A stretch of 64,000 bases of DNA from Verrucomicrobiales bacterium. Its GTDB lineage: Bacteria; Verrucomicrobiota; Verrucomicrobiia; Verrucomicrobiales; V1-33. The position numbers were made by a program, and so were the translations under genes. Positions 30,715-39,657 of this stretch are shown piece by piece (within the stretch, counting starts at the first letter, position 1; every line of letters starts with the position of its first letter). The stretch is from positions 1-64,000 of the forward strand of contig JANOAV010000204.1 in assembly GCA_031411295.1 (NCBI GenBank), in the 5' to 3' direction. The notes beneath the pieces were generated by a model. That model was not told the DNA's origin. It did no database searches and saw only the letters and a program-made list of their open reading frames with translations.

Positions 30715-33142
30715 ACAACACGCGATGGATCGGAGTGGGATAGGGCACGTCCGGGCCTTTGGCGGCTACCCAGAGGATGCGGTTAAGCTCGTCCTCGGGA
30801 GCTTCATCGTATTCGTCGAAGTCCATCATGGCGCTCTGTTTGGCTCCCGGGGCGGTCTTGGCGTTGATGGCCTGCAAATCTACTTTGGGCTGAAGAATTT
30901 CATAGGGCGTGATGCTGGCGGTTTCCTGGAAGGAATTGAACATCGGTGTGGCTCCGGCATCGTATTGCGTTAGCGGCGGGAGACCCAGAATGAGTTCCAT
31001 GGTGCGGATCATGCTGGCGGTGGTGTAGAGCGTGTGGTCGATGAAGTTTCGCTTCGTATAGGGGCTAATCACGAAACCGATGGTGCGATGGGCATCCACA
31101 TGGTCCGGGCCGTTTTGAGCATCATCTTCGATCACGAGGATGGCCATCTCCTTCCAGAACTTGGAGCGACTGGCGGCCGCCACAATTTTTCCCAACGCCA
31201 GATCATTGCTGGCCACGCAGGCTTCCGGGGTGTTGGCTCCGGGCAGCGTTCCCTTGGTGTGATTCTCCCCCAGCGCCATGATGGTGAAACGCGGTGGCTC
31301 ACCGGATTGCTCAGCTTGGTGGAGGTCGTCGATCCAATGCTGGCATTTATCCATGTCCCGCGGCTCACTCCACTTGCCGCGGTTCACGCTGGGGATGCGT
31401 TGTGCGCCTTCGCCATAGCTCATGAAGCTGAGGCCAGCCCGTTTGCAGGAATCCCAGAGGTAGCCATTGGCCGGCGTTTCCAACTCGTCGTTGCCGGGCA
31501 GTTTGTCTTTGCGGGAGGAATAACTTAGCGTCCACGTGCGCTGGTTGAAATCGGTGGCCATGGCCGCATCACACCAACTGTGGCCATCCACGCTCACTTC
31601 TCCATTGCAGTAAAGATTGTCCAGCAGGACGTAGTCGCGCGCCAGTTGATGTTGGTTGGGGGTGATGTCCTCTCCGTAAATTGTAATGCTAGGGTCCCCA
31701 TTACCGATGGGTTTTCCACTGGCGTCTTTCATATCCCCCAGGACTTGATCGTAGGTGCGATTCTCTTTGATGATGTAGAGCACATACTTGATGGGGCAAG
31801 GGGCACCAACGCGGTCCGGGATAACGCTGATGCGCGGTTGGACGGTCTGGCGCAGTGTCTCTGGCGTGTAGGGACTGTTTTTCCTAACCTGAGCGGTGTA
31901 GGCAGCCATTTGCTGGTCATCCGGCTTGGCGATAAAGGAAACGCTGCCAGCCAAGGTGTGCCCAGGGTGAATCATCTTGGGCTTCTTCCCCGTTTCCGGA
32001 GTGCCGTCCTTGCTGGCATGAGGCGCTCCCAAGCCTTTGCCATTGCCCACCAGCAGGGTATTCCCGTCCGGACTTACGGCTACTGCGGTGGGATACCATC
32101 CCACGGGAATGAAGCCTTCGACCCGGCTGATTTTCTCCGCATACTTAATCTTCTCTTCTTCCAGCGAATCGCTGATATCCACCACCATGACGCAGTTGTT
32201 ATCCGCATTGGCAATGAACAGAGTCCGACCATCGGCGGACACCGCTAAACTATCCGGCGTGCTGCCTTCGGGAGACTGCGGGTAAATCGAGGTGCTGATA
32301 ATTTCCCGGGTGCCATCCCACAAGCGACGCGAGGAATCGGGGTTCTCGCCTGCCTTCTCCAGGGTTCGCGTCTGAATGACATGCACGGTATTATCGCCCG
32401 AACAGGCGACGTAAAGTCGGCCATCGGGAGCCAGCACCATATCGTTAGGGCGAATGCCCACGCTGAGATCGCGGAGTCGCTTCCCGGTCTGGGTGTCCAC
32501 AATACTAACGGTCCGACCACCCCAGTTACTGACGTATAAATGACGCTGATCCGCCCCAAAGGCGCAGCTGTGAGGATACGGGCCCACTTCGATCTTCTGC
32601 TCCACGGCCAAAGTGGTCTCGTTGAGCACCCAGATTTGTTGATTGGACTCGTTACAGAGATACACTTTCCCGTTCTCGGGATGCACCGCAATCCCAGCGA
32701 TGAAGCATTGGTCCGTGGGAGTTTCCACTGGCACGGCTGGCTGCGGGGTGAGTTCACCATCGGCATAGTTGAAGACATGGAGTTCGCCCGTGGAGCCACT
32801 ACTAACAAAGAGTCGTTTCCCTTCCCGATCAAACGTCAGGCCATTCCAAGCGTGCTTCAGATCGTGGAATTTCTTGGTCGTTCCCGTGGCCAGATCCAGC
32901 ACTCCCACGCCAGGATTGTGATAGCCAGCGCAAACGGTCACGGCCACCTTGCCATCGGGCGCGATGATCATTTTCAACGGCATGTCCCCTGGCAAGGCCG
33001 CGTGCTTGCCCGCCGGGGTGACACTCCAGCCGTTGAACATCAATCCCGGCACCTGGCCAGGGAGTTGCAATGGAGGCGGTTGGTCCTGCGCGGTGGCGGA
33101 AACGACCAACAATAACAAAGTGACAAGAGAACGAGGCATCAT
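30698..33142 (-). CDS. YncE-type beta-propeller / phosphoesterase (alkaline phosphatase superfamily) fusion
   Basis: YVTN-like blades, then IIKENRTYDQVLGD, SVDGHSW and EDDAQNGPDHVDAHR; signal peptide from MMPRS. Confidence 0.88.
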   Translation of the reverse strand: MMPRSLVTLLLLVVSATAQDQPPPLQLPGQVPGLMFNGWSVTPAGKHAALPGDMPLKMIIAPDGKVAVTVCAGYHNPGVGVLDLATGTTKKFHDLKHAWNGLTFDREGKRLFVSSGSTGELHVFNYADGELTPQPAVPVETPTDQCFIAGIAVHPENGKVYLCNESNQQIWVLNETTLAVEQKIEVGPYPHSCAFGADQRHLYVSNWGGRTVSIVDTQTGKRLRDLSVGIRPNDMVLAPDGRLYVACSGDNTVHVIQTRTLEKAGENPDSSRRLWDGTREIISTSIYPQSPEGSTPDSLAVSADGRTLFIANADNNCVMVVDISDSLEEEKIKYAEKISRVEGFIPVGWYPTAVAVSPDGNTLLVGNGKGLGAPHASKDGTPETGKKPKMIHPGHTLAGSVSFIAKPDDQQMAAYTAQVRKNSPYTPETLRQTVQPRISVIPDRVGAPCPIKYVLYIIKENRTYDQVLGDMKDASGKPIGNGDPSITIYGEDITPNQHQLARDYVLLDNLYCNGEVSVDGHSWCDAAMATDFNQRTWTLSYSSRKDKLPGNDELETPANGYLWDSCKRAGLSFMSYGEGAQRIPSVNRGKWSEPRDMDKCQHWIDDLHQAEQSGEPPRFTIMALGENHTKGTLPGANTPEACVASNDLALGKIVAAASRSKFWKEMAILVIEDDAQNGPDHVDAHRTIGFVISPYTKRNFIDHTLYTTASMIRTMELILGLPPLTQYDAGATPMFNSFQETASITPYEILQPKVDLQAINAKTAPGAKQSAMMDFDEYDEAPEDELNRILWVAAKGPDVPYPTPIHRVLFTGER

Positions 33143-33300
33143 GCGGCTGTTGATACCCGTTTTCCTGCCGAAACCACAAGCACTCTGTCTTGCCGCATTC
33201 GGGTATGCTGGGCCGGGCGAGCCAACCCGGGTCCTCGCAGGAGGAGGGAGAAAAATGCCCGTCACCCTGCTCTAGGGCTAAATAATTTCGGTAGTGCTCC

Positions 33301-33337
33301 AAAAAAACACACGGGCCGCCTCGTTGGAGGCGGCCCG
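33301..33337 (-). terminator. Rho-independent terminator after the FKBP gene
   Basis: CGGGCCGCCTC-gttg-GAGGCGGCCCG (33312-33337) with an A7 tract at 33301-33307. Confidence 0.8.
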
Positions 33338-33362
33338 CAGCTTGGAATAATACTGGGCAGTT

Positions 33363-34061
33363 TTACTTGGCGTCTTTGATGCCGAGTAGCTCGACTTCAA
33401 AAATGAGCACCGAGCCACCCGGAATCTTGGGGCTTGGAGATTGGTCGCCATAAGCCAGATTGGCTGGGATGAAGAGTTTCCACTTGGAACCCACGGGCAT
33501 CAACTGGAGGGCTTCGGTCCAGCCTTTGATCACTTGACCCACGCCGAATTCGGCGGGCTCACCACGTTGCACGGAGCTGTCGAAGACCGTTCCATCCGTC
33601 AGGGTGCCATGGTAGTGCACTTTAACTTCGTTTTCTGCAGTGGGCTTGGCGCCGTCACCTTTTTTCATTACGCTATATTGCAGACCGCTGGGAAGTGTAG
33701 TCACCCCTTCTTCCTTGGCGTTCTTGTCGAGGAATTCTTTGCCTTTACCTGCGTTGGCGCTGGCTTTTTCGCTCTGCGCGGCTTGCATTTTGGTTTGGAA
33801 CTCCTGCATCACCTTCTGCGCTTCCTCGTCGGAAATCTTGCTCTTTTCGCCCTTCATAGCATCACGCAGACCAGCCACCATCCCTTCAAGGTCCAGGTCA
33901 GGAGCTTGGGAATGGATCCGCTGCGCCCAGTTGGAGGCAATGATGTAGGCAGCCTTCTGCTCTAAGGTGGTGAGTGCTGGAGCCGCTGCACCCTCTTGGG
34001 CAACAACGGAGGAGATGCCAGCACAGGCCAGCCCGGTAATAGTTAGGAATTTCTTGAACAT
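33363..34061 (-). CDS. FKBP-type peptidyl-prolyl isomerase (FkpA/Mip-like)
   Basis: SGLQY, VHYHGTL, FDSS, VIKGWTEAL, IPANLAYG, LIFEVELL; signal peptide. Confidence 0.96.
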   Translation of the reverse strand: MFKKFLTITGLACAGISSVVAQEGAAAPALTTLEQKAAYIIASNWAQRIHSQAPDLDLEGMVAGLRDAMKGEKSKISDEEAQKVMQEFQTKMQAAQSEKASANAGKGKEFLDKNAKEEGVTTLPSGLQYSVMKKGDGAKPTAENEVKVHYHGTLTDGTVFDSSVQRGEPAEFGVGQVIKGWTEALQLMPVGSKWKLFIPANLAYGDQSPSPKIPGGSVLIFEVELLGIKDAK

Positions 34062-34135
34062 GGCGCGGAGGCTACCCAGACTAGGGAAGGAGTCAAGAGA
34101 CTATGAGTGTAAGAAAAATGAGCGTCCGCCGTGAT

Positions 34136-34969
34136 TCAGACCGCACCTTGCCGCTTGCCCTCCAGCTCGCCAAAGAATCGAAGCGTGCGCGCCAAATGCA
34201 TTTCCCAGTAGCGCCACTCATGCTCGCCCGGGAATTCTTCATACACATACGGCAACCCCAACGTTTTCAGCGCCTGCGCCAGCGCCCGATTCTTCGGCAG
34301 CAGTGGATCGGACAGTCCGCAGTCGAAACGCAGGGCGGGCAAATTCCCCCGATTTGCCAAAATGGTATCCAACACGGGATTGATTCCCCGCACCGTCGCG
34401 TAAGCTTCCGGCGGTTCCGTCACGAAATCGAACAGATCCTCTAACCGCGTGCACGCGCTGTGCGAACTGATCCCTTGGAAATGTTCCCGACCATACTTTG
34501 CCCCCAGGCGCAGAGCCCCGAATCCCCCCATGCTCAGCCCTGCCAAGTATCTGGCACCACCACCGCAGGCCGACACCACCCGCTCCGCCAGCGCAGGCAC
34601 GTCCGCTACGATCCACGCCTCGTAATCCCCGTGGGCATGGGTCGCGTAGCCCGTGCCATCGCCCCAGAGCCCATCCGATGGCATGGCCAGGACCATGGGA
34701 GGAATCTCCCCCGCCGCGATTAACCGGGCCGCCGTGCGATGCGCCCCGCCGTTGAGAGCCCAACTCCACGCGCTGCCATAAATCCCATGCAGCAGTGTCA
34801 CCAGCGGCACAGTGGTCATTTCCTTCACGCCCGGAGGCACATACAACACCACATCTCCCCTGCCCCGCAGATTCCCCGAGCGAACCGTCACAAAGCGCAA
34901 CCCATCCGATTCCATTTCCGGACGGGAAACTTCCAGTTTGTGCCAGTCGAGCGCGTGGGTGATTTTCAT
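34136..34969 (-). CDS. Alpha/beta-hydrolase esterase
   Basis: LLHG, nucleophile elbow GLSMGG, DCGLSD, GEHEWRYW. Confidence 0.9.
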   Translation of the reverse strand: MKITHALDWHKLEVSRPEMESDGLRFVTVRSGNLRGRGDVVLYVPPGVKEMTTVPLVTLLHGIYGSAWSWALNGGAHRTAARLIAAGEIPPMVLAMPSDGLWGDGTGYATHAHGDYEAWIVADVPALAERVVSACGGGARYLAGLSMGGFGALRLGAKYGREHFQGISSHSACTRLEDLFDFVTEPPEAYATVRGINPVLDTILANRGNLPALRFDCGLSDPLLPKNRALAQALKTLGLPYVYEEFPGEHEWRYWEMHLARTLRFFGELEGKRQGAV

Positions 34970-35003
34970 GGCTCAGGGCGGACTGGAAATGAACCACCGT
35001 TTC

Positions 35004-35975
35004 CTAACCGAGCATCCCCGCCAACTCATCCAGCGACTGCTTGGTGCGCTTGATGCCCTCTATTTCGCTATGCTTCTGGCCTTCATACTCAATGCCGATG
35101 TAACCTTTATAGCCCGCCTTGACCACGATGCTGACCAGTCGCTCGAAATCGAGCGAGATCTCCCGTCCTTCGCGTCGATCTTCAGTGTAAAATTTACCTG
35201 CGCTTGTGTCCCAGTCATAAGCCTTGGCGCTCATGGCCTGTTTCACCCAAGGCATAAACTCACGGAGTCCTTGGTAGGGATTGTAAAGCTCCCCGGTATC
35301 CCGATTGGTATAAAAATTCCCAAAATCCGGCAGAATCCCCACGCGCGGATGATCCGCCGCCTTCATGACCGCCGTCAGCCACTTGCCATTGGATGAGAGA
35401 CCACCGTGATTCTCCACCACCACGAAAAGGCCGCGTTTATCGCCCTCCACGCAGAGTTGATGCAGGCCATCTGCAGCTAACTTCTGTTGTTCCGCGGGAG
35501 TTAGTTTGGCATCGCTGGCGGCATTCACGCGAATGGAGTGACACCCTAGAAATGCCGCCGCATCCAGCCATTTCAAATGATTCTGCACCGTCTGCTTCCG
35601 CTTGGCTTCATCAGGATCACCCAAGTTGCCCTCCCGATCACACATGATCAACAACCCCTTCACGCCTTCCCCTTCCTGGCGAGCCTTCATTTCCCCGAGG
35701 TAAGCTTTGTCCGCTCCCTTGTCGAAAAACATTTGGTTCACATACTCAATGCCCTCAATCCCCAACCCACGCGCAATCTTGGCGAAGTCCAAGTGCTCCA
35801 CCGGTTCAGCCCCAGCCCGCTTGAACATCCCCTTGTTCAACGACCACTCTGCGAGGGAAATCTTGAATGCAGGCGGCTTGGCGGCAACTGCTCGGTTGGT
35901 TCCCACCAGCGCAGCAGCCGCAGCTGTGGTGGTGAGTTTCAAGAAGTTACGGCGGTGATTGATGGGCGAATTCAT
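35004..35975 (-). CDS. Tat-exported sugar phosphate isomerase/epimerase (xylose isomerase-like TIM barrel)
   Basis: RRNFLK Tat motif; ENHGG, PDFGNF, GIEYEG. Confidence 0.9.
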   Translation of the reverse strand: MNSPINHRRNFLKLTTTAAAAALVGTNRAVAAKPPAFKISLAEWSLNKGMFKRAGAEPVEHLDFAKIARGLGIEGIEYVNQMFFDKGADKAYLGEMKARQEGEGVKGLLIMCDREGNLGDPDEAKRKQTVQNHLKWLDAAAFLGCHSIRVNAASDAKLTPAEQQKLAADGLHQLCVEGDKRGLFVVVENHGGLSSNGKWLTAVMKAADHPRVGILPDFGNFYTNRDTGELYNPYQGLREFMPWVKQAMSAKAYDWDTSAGKFYTEDRREGREISLDFERLVSIVVKAGYKGYIGIEYEGQKHSEIEGIKRTKQSLDELAGMLG

Positions 35976-36124
35976 GAACCACATCAGAGCGGCATCAGCG
36001 TCACTGGCAACCGGGATTTAGCCGCAAGCAAGGGAGTGGTGGAAGCGGAGCGACGCCTCAGAGACGGAAAACTCTTCATGATTGTTATGGTGCTGGTGAA
36101 ATTTTACATTACAATTCCAGATCC

Positions 36125-37111
36125 ATGAAATTTCTCTCGATGATGGCGGTGGCGTTGATCGGCTTGGCTTCGGCTGGGCGTGGGTGCATTTGGTATGATG
36201 GCAGCACGCTGGAGGGGAATTTAATTCAGGTGTTGTCACTTCAATTAACCCCGAGTTACGGTATTGATCTATCTGATTCCTTTGGGAAACGAATACGCGA
36301 TATAACCGAATACCTGCGAAAAATCAGAGCAATGCCACCCAGCATTATTTTCGAGTTATCAAAGGTTCAAACCAAAGCGCAAACAGATTGGCCTCCAGAG
36401 TTAAACGAAGCCGTGGCTCCGATCTTCGATTTAAAATTTGCCGAGGCCCTCTCAAGGCTCCAAGTCCTCGACCAGCGTATTCCAGATAACTATTACATCT
36501 GCGCCAACTTGGGAGCTGCCTTGGAACTCTCTGGCCAGGATGCTGCTGCCTTGGACCAAGTGGAAAAGGCGCTGCGCCTGAAATCTGACGCACACTACGG
36601 CACGGAATGGATGCACGCGGCGGTCCTGCGGGCTAAACTTGCTCTCGCCAAAGACCCGAAGTGGCTGGAGCACCATACCATTTCCGGAATTCCCTTGACC
36701 GGGAATGTTCCCCAAGATTTCACGGCACCGGACGGGAACAAAACCCTGGATCTTCAGGCCTTGCGTGATGCCTTAGTGGCGCACCTCGTGCCCAGGCTGC
36801 TTTTTATTAAGGGAAAAGACCCCATCATAGCTGCCATGCTGATGGAACTGGCCCGGACGGAAACACGACTCCGCACCATTGAGGACGGCATGGCGATTCT
36901 GGATCTTGCAGACGAATACGGCGCACAGGGAACAGCCGAGCAACGAATCGCCTGGGAAGCCGCCAAACCCGGACCGCTCACTCGCTTCTTCAAAAGCAAG
37001 GAAACCAAACCCTACGTGCTAATGATCCCACTAGCCGGGGTGCTACTGGCTCTGTGTGCTCTCGTGGTGAGGATCCGAAGCCGCTGGGCTGCCTTTAAGA
37101 GGACACTGTAG
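36125..37111 (+). CDS. TPR-containing protein with signal peptide and C-terminal transmembrane anchor, hypothetical
   Basis: ANLGAALELSG...AALDQVEKAL...DAHYGTEWMH; hydrophobic N- and C-termini. Confidence 0.75.
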   Translation: MKFLSMMAVALIGLASAGRGCIWYDGSTLEGNLIQVLSLQLTPSYGIDLSDSFGKRIRDITEYLRKIRAMPPSIIFELSKVQTKAQTDWPPELNEAVAPIFDLKFAEALSRLQVLDQRIPDNYYICANLGAALELSGQDAAALDQVEKALRLKSDAHYGTEWMHAAVLRAKLALAKDPKWLEHHTISGIPLTGNVPQDFTAPDGNKTLDLQALRDALVAHLVPRLLFIKGKDPIIAAMLMELARTETRLRTIEDGMAILDLADEYGAQGTAEQRIAWEAAKPGPLTRFFKSKETKPYVLMIPLAGVLLALCALVVRIRSRWAAFKRTL

Positions 37112-37276
37112 GTGGGAAATCAGTAGTTTCCAAGCTGGACTGGGCTCGGGAGTCACATTCTGCAAGGCAGTTTTCGGATGTGGCATATTACAAAACGTCT
37201 GATGGATAAATTAGCGTCGATGCCGTGAGCAGTCGAATTCTCTCGACGCGGGAGCGATGCATGGCAAACCGGCCCG

Positions 37277-37436
37277 GCCGCGCTCCGGGCTAGTGAATCG
37301 ATCGTGTTCGCACGCTTGACTTCATTTCTCTGGGGTTACCCCAGGGCATTTCCGCACTGACCATTCCGCCGCGTGGAAGAAAGATGCGCCCCACCGCATG
37401 ATTTTCCACACCGGACCCGCTCCGCCGGAGCGCGGC
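37277..37436 (+). ncRNA. Retron msr-msd non-coding RNA
   Basis: Perfect 12-bp inverted repeat GCCGCGCTCCGG (37277-37288) / CCGGAGCGCGGC (37425-37436). It encloses a candidate branch G (CTAG, G37293), two short hairpins (37294-37324, 37328-37346) and a long hairpin (37365-37415). It ends 24 bp before the RT ATG. Confidence 0.8.
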
Positions 37437-37460
37437 ACCTTTTGTTTCCCTTCCATTTCA

Positions 37461-38774
37461 ATGAACTCCGCAGCCATGCTTATCTCCCGGGTGGTGCTCA
37501 GCGGCCCTTTTACCAAGGCCGCCATCACCAGCGCGCTCTCGCAACTGCGGGGTCGGGAAACTCGGCCCATCGGCATCATGACGCGCACCCTGGTGGACAC
37601 ACTCGGCGCCAACCAACGCCCCCGACTCCGCGCAGTAGCCCGCGTCCTGAGCGCGCGTCCCCGTTTCTGCCGCCTGATCGAAATGCTGGCTGCCATGACA
37701 GAATCAGCGGAATTACCACCGCCCAGCATGCAGCCTGCAGCCGGAGCCCCGGAGGGTTGGCACCTCCCAGCGTTGCCCAACGTAATGGCCCTGGCGGACT
37801 GGTTAAATCTCGATCTCCCGACGCTCCACTGGCTCTCCGCCCCGTGGCGCAGCGACCACGAAAGCGGCGGGCCCATGCAGCACTACCGATATCGCTGGGT
37901 GCCTCGCAAGGGCCGTCCCCCACGCTTGTTGGAAGCGCCTCTGCCGCAATTGAAAGCTGTCCAACGCCGAATTCTCGAAGGCATCTTGGAACCCATTCCG
38001 CCGCATCCCGCCGCCCATGGCTTTGTCAAAGGACGTGGCATTGTGAGCTTCGCCACCCCGCACACGAATCAGCGTTGCGTGCTGCGCATGGATCTCCAGG
38101 ATTTCTTCCCCAGCATTCGTCGTGGACGGGTCCTGCGGGTATTCCTGACCGCTGGTTATCCGGAAGCAGTCGCCACCATCCTCGCCAATCTCTGCACTGC
38201 CGTGACCCCGGCCTCGGTGCGCCAAGCCGGACTGGCGGGAGTTCCGCTCGCGGTCGCTTGGCCTTTGCGGGCGTTGTTGCAGAATCGACACCTACCGCAA
38301 GGCGCACCCACTTCTCCTGCACTGGCTAACTTTTGCGCGTATGCGCTCGATCTCAGGTTAACTGGCTTGGCCACTAAATTTGCCGCGCGTTACACCCGCT
38401 ACGCTGATGACCTCCTTTTCAGCGGAGGTGATGATTTCCGCCGTGATGCCCAGCGCTGCGAGATTCAGATCGGGGCGATCCTGCTGGAGGCGGGGTTTGC
38501 GGCAGCTCATCGCAAAACCCGTCGCATGCCCAGCAGCGTGGCGCAACGCGCGGTGGGCTTATCCCTCAACATCCATGCCTCAGTGCCACGGCAACAGCGG
38601 GATGAGCTCAAAGCCATCCTAACGAATTGCCTGCGCCACGGCCCCACTTCCCAAAATCGCAGCCATCACCCAGACTTCCGGGCCCATCTGCTCGGCCGCA
38701 TTTCCCACATCGCTCATGTTCATCCCGTTAGTGCGGAGAAACTGCGGCAACTCTTCGAGCGCATTGCTTGGTAG
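37461..38774 (+). CDS. Retron-type reverse transcriptase with N-terminal extension
   Basis: AHGF, MDLQDFFPSI, LPQGAPTSPALAN, YTRYADDLLFSG, HRKTR...AVGLSLN (VTG region). ATG 37461 is preferred because the track start (37398) lies inside the ncRNA. Confidence 0.93.
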   Translation: MNSAAMLISRVVLSGPFTKAAITSALSQLRGRETRPIGIMTRTLVDTLGANQRPRLRAVARVLSARPRFCRLIEMLAAMTESAELPPPSMQPAAGAPEGWHLPALPNVMALADWLNLDLPTLHWLSAPWRSDHESGGPMQHYRYRWVPRKGRPPRLLEAPLPQLKAVQRRILEGILEPIPPHPAAHGFVKGRGIVSFATPHTNQRCVLRMDLQDFFPSIRRGRVLRVFLTAGYPEAVATILANLCTAVTPASVRQAGLAGVPLAVAWPLRALLQNRHLPQGAPTSPALANFCAYALDLRLTGLATKFAARYTRYADDLLFSGGDDFRRDAQRCEIQIGAILLEAGFAAAHRKTRRMPSSVAQRAVGLSLNIHASVPRQQRDELKAILTNCLRHGPTSQNRSHHPDFRAHLLGRISHIAHVHPVSAEKLRQLFERIAW

Positions 38775-38815
38775 CACGAAGCCACGAAGCGCCAATGCTT
38801 GATCCCTGCTCCACC

Positions 38816-39226
38816 TCAATACTCAAGGATAAATCTGGCAGCCTCCAATAACAGCCGTTCGGTTGCTTCGTTTTTCGGGCACAAGACAAAAATCGTTTCC
38901 TCGAGGTCAAACGTGTTGGCATACTCCTCAAACCAAATCTCCCGTGCCCCACAGTCCTTGGTGAAGACTTCGCGTGCGCATCGGTCCGGGGTCATCCCCA
39001 GGAGCGCAATGATGTCAGGCTCATGAATTCGCATCTCCTCCTCGCTGTCCCCAAAAACATGAGCAATGCGGGCGATGTAATTGTCACCGCCCACCAACGC
39101 ATCCAATTCCACACCACTTTTCGCCTGCTCCGCAGTCCATCCCAGAATCTCCACGTTGCGACCATCCCCCAATAGAGACGCCGTGCAGGGGTGGTAAAAT
39201 CGTAAAGTGCTCATCAACCTCGACAT
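38816..39226 (-). CDS. Acidic hypothetical protein
   Basis: 136-aa ORF convergent with the RT; no recognised motif. Confidence 0.55.
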   Translation of the reverse strand: MSRLMSTLRFYHPCTASLLGDGRNVEILGWTAEQAKSGVELDALVGGDNYIARIAHVFGDSEEEMRIHEPDIIALLGMTPDRCAREVFTKDCGAREIWFEEYANTFDLEETIFVLCPKNEATERLLLEAARFILEY

Positions 39227-39323
39227 GCGGCGTGTTTAAACTCAAGCGGTGGCATTGGCAAGAAAGATTAGATGGTATCGCCGGCTGCCATATTAATAAA
39301 TCCATCGGACATATTAATTACTC

Positions 39324-39470
39324 TTGCTCAAGGCCACCAATCGCCTGACCGAAGCTGAGCCTTTGATGCGCCGGGCGGCGGATATGTTGACGGCCAGCTT
39401 GGGGCCGGACCATCCGTGGACGATCATGGGACAGGAGAATTTGGCGAGATTGCTGAAGAAGATGGGCTGA
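39324..39470 (+). pseudogene. Orphan 3' remnant of a TPR gene paralogous to 39658-42399
   Basis: Encodes LLKATNRLTEAEPLMRRAADMLTASLGPDHPWTIMGQENLARLLKKMG*. By hand alignment, 25 differences in 141 nt versus 42241-42381. Confidence 0.85.
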
Positions 39471-39517
39471 GGAGTTTCTGCTTTTGAAGCAAAGTGACAG
39501 AGCCGGAGAAGGGGCTG

Positions 39518-39577
39518 GCCACAGAGATCACAGAATACACAAATTTCTGTCCTCTGCTGTTTTGTGCTCTTTGTGGC
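39518..39577. repeat. REP-like inverted repeat (CCACAGAG...CACAGA type)
   Basis: GCCACAGAGATCACAGAA ... TTTTGTGCTCTTTGTGGC. Confidence 0.65.
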
Positions 39578-39657
39578 TGAGACCTTGTGCCTCAGTCCCT
39601 GAATCATCCATCTGAAATCTTGCATCCTCACATCACCACGCCATAGTCGCTTTGTAA

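Noticed and set aside
37461..38774. Group II intron
   Set aside because: No domain V/VI-like structure after the ORF, no maturase or endonuclease domain, and no interrupted host gene
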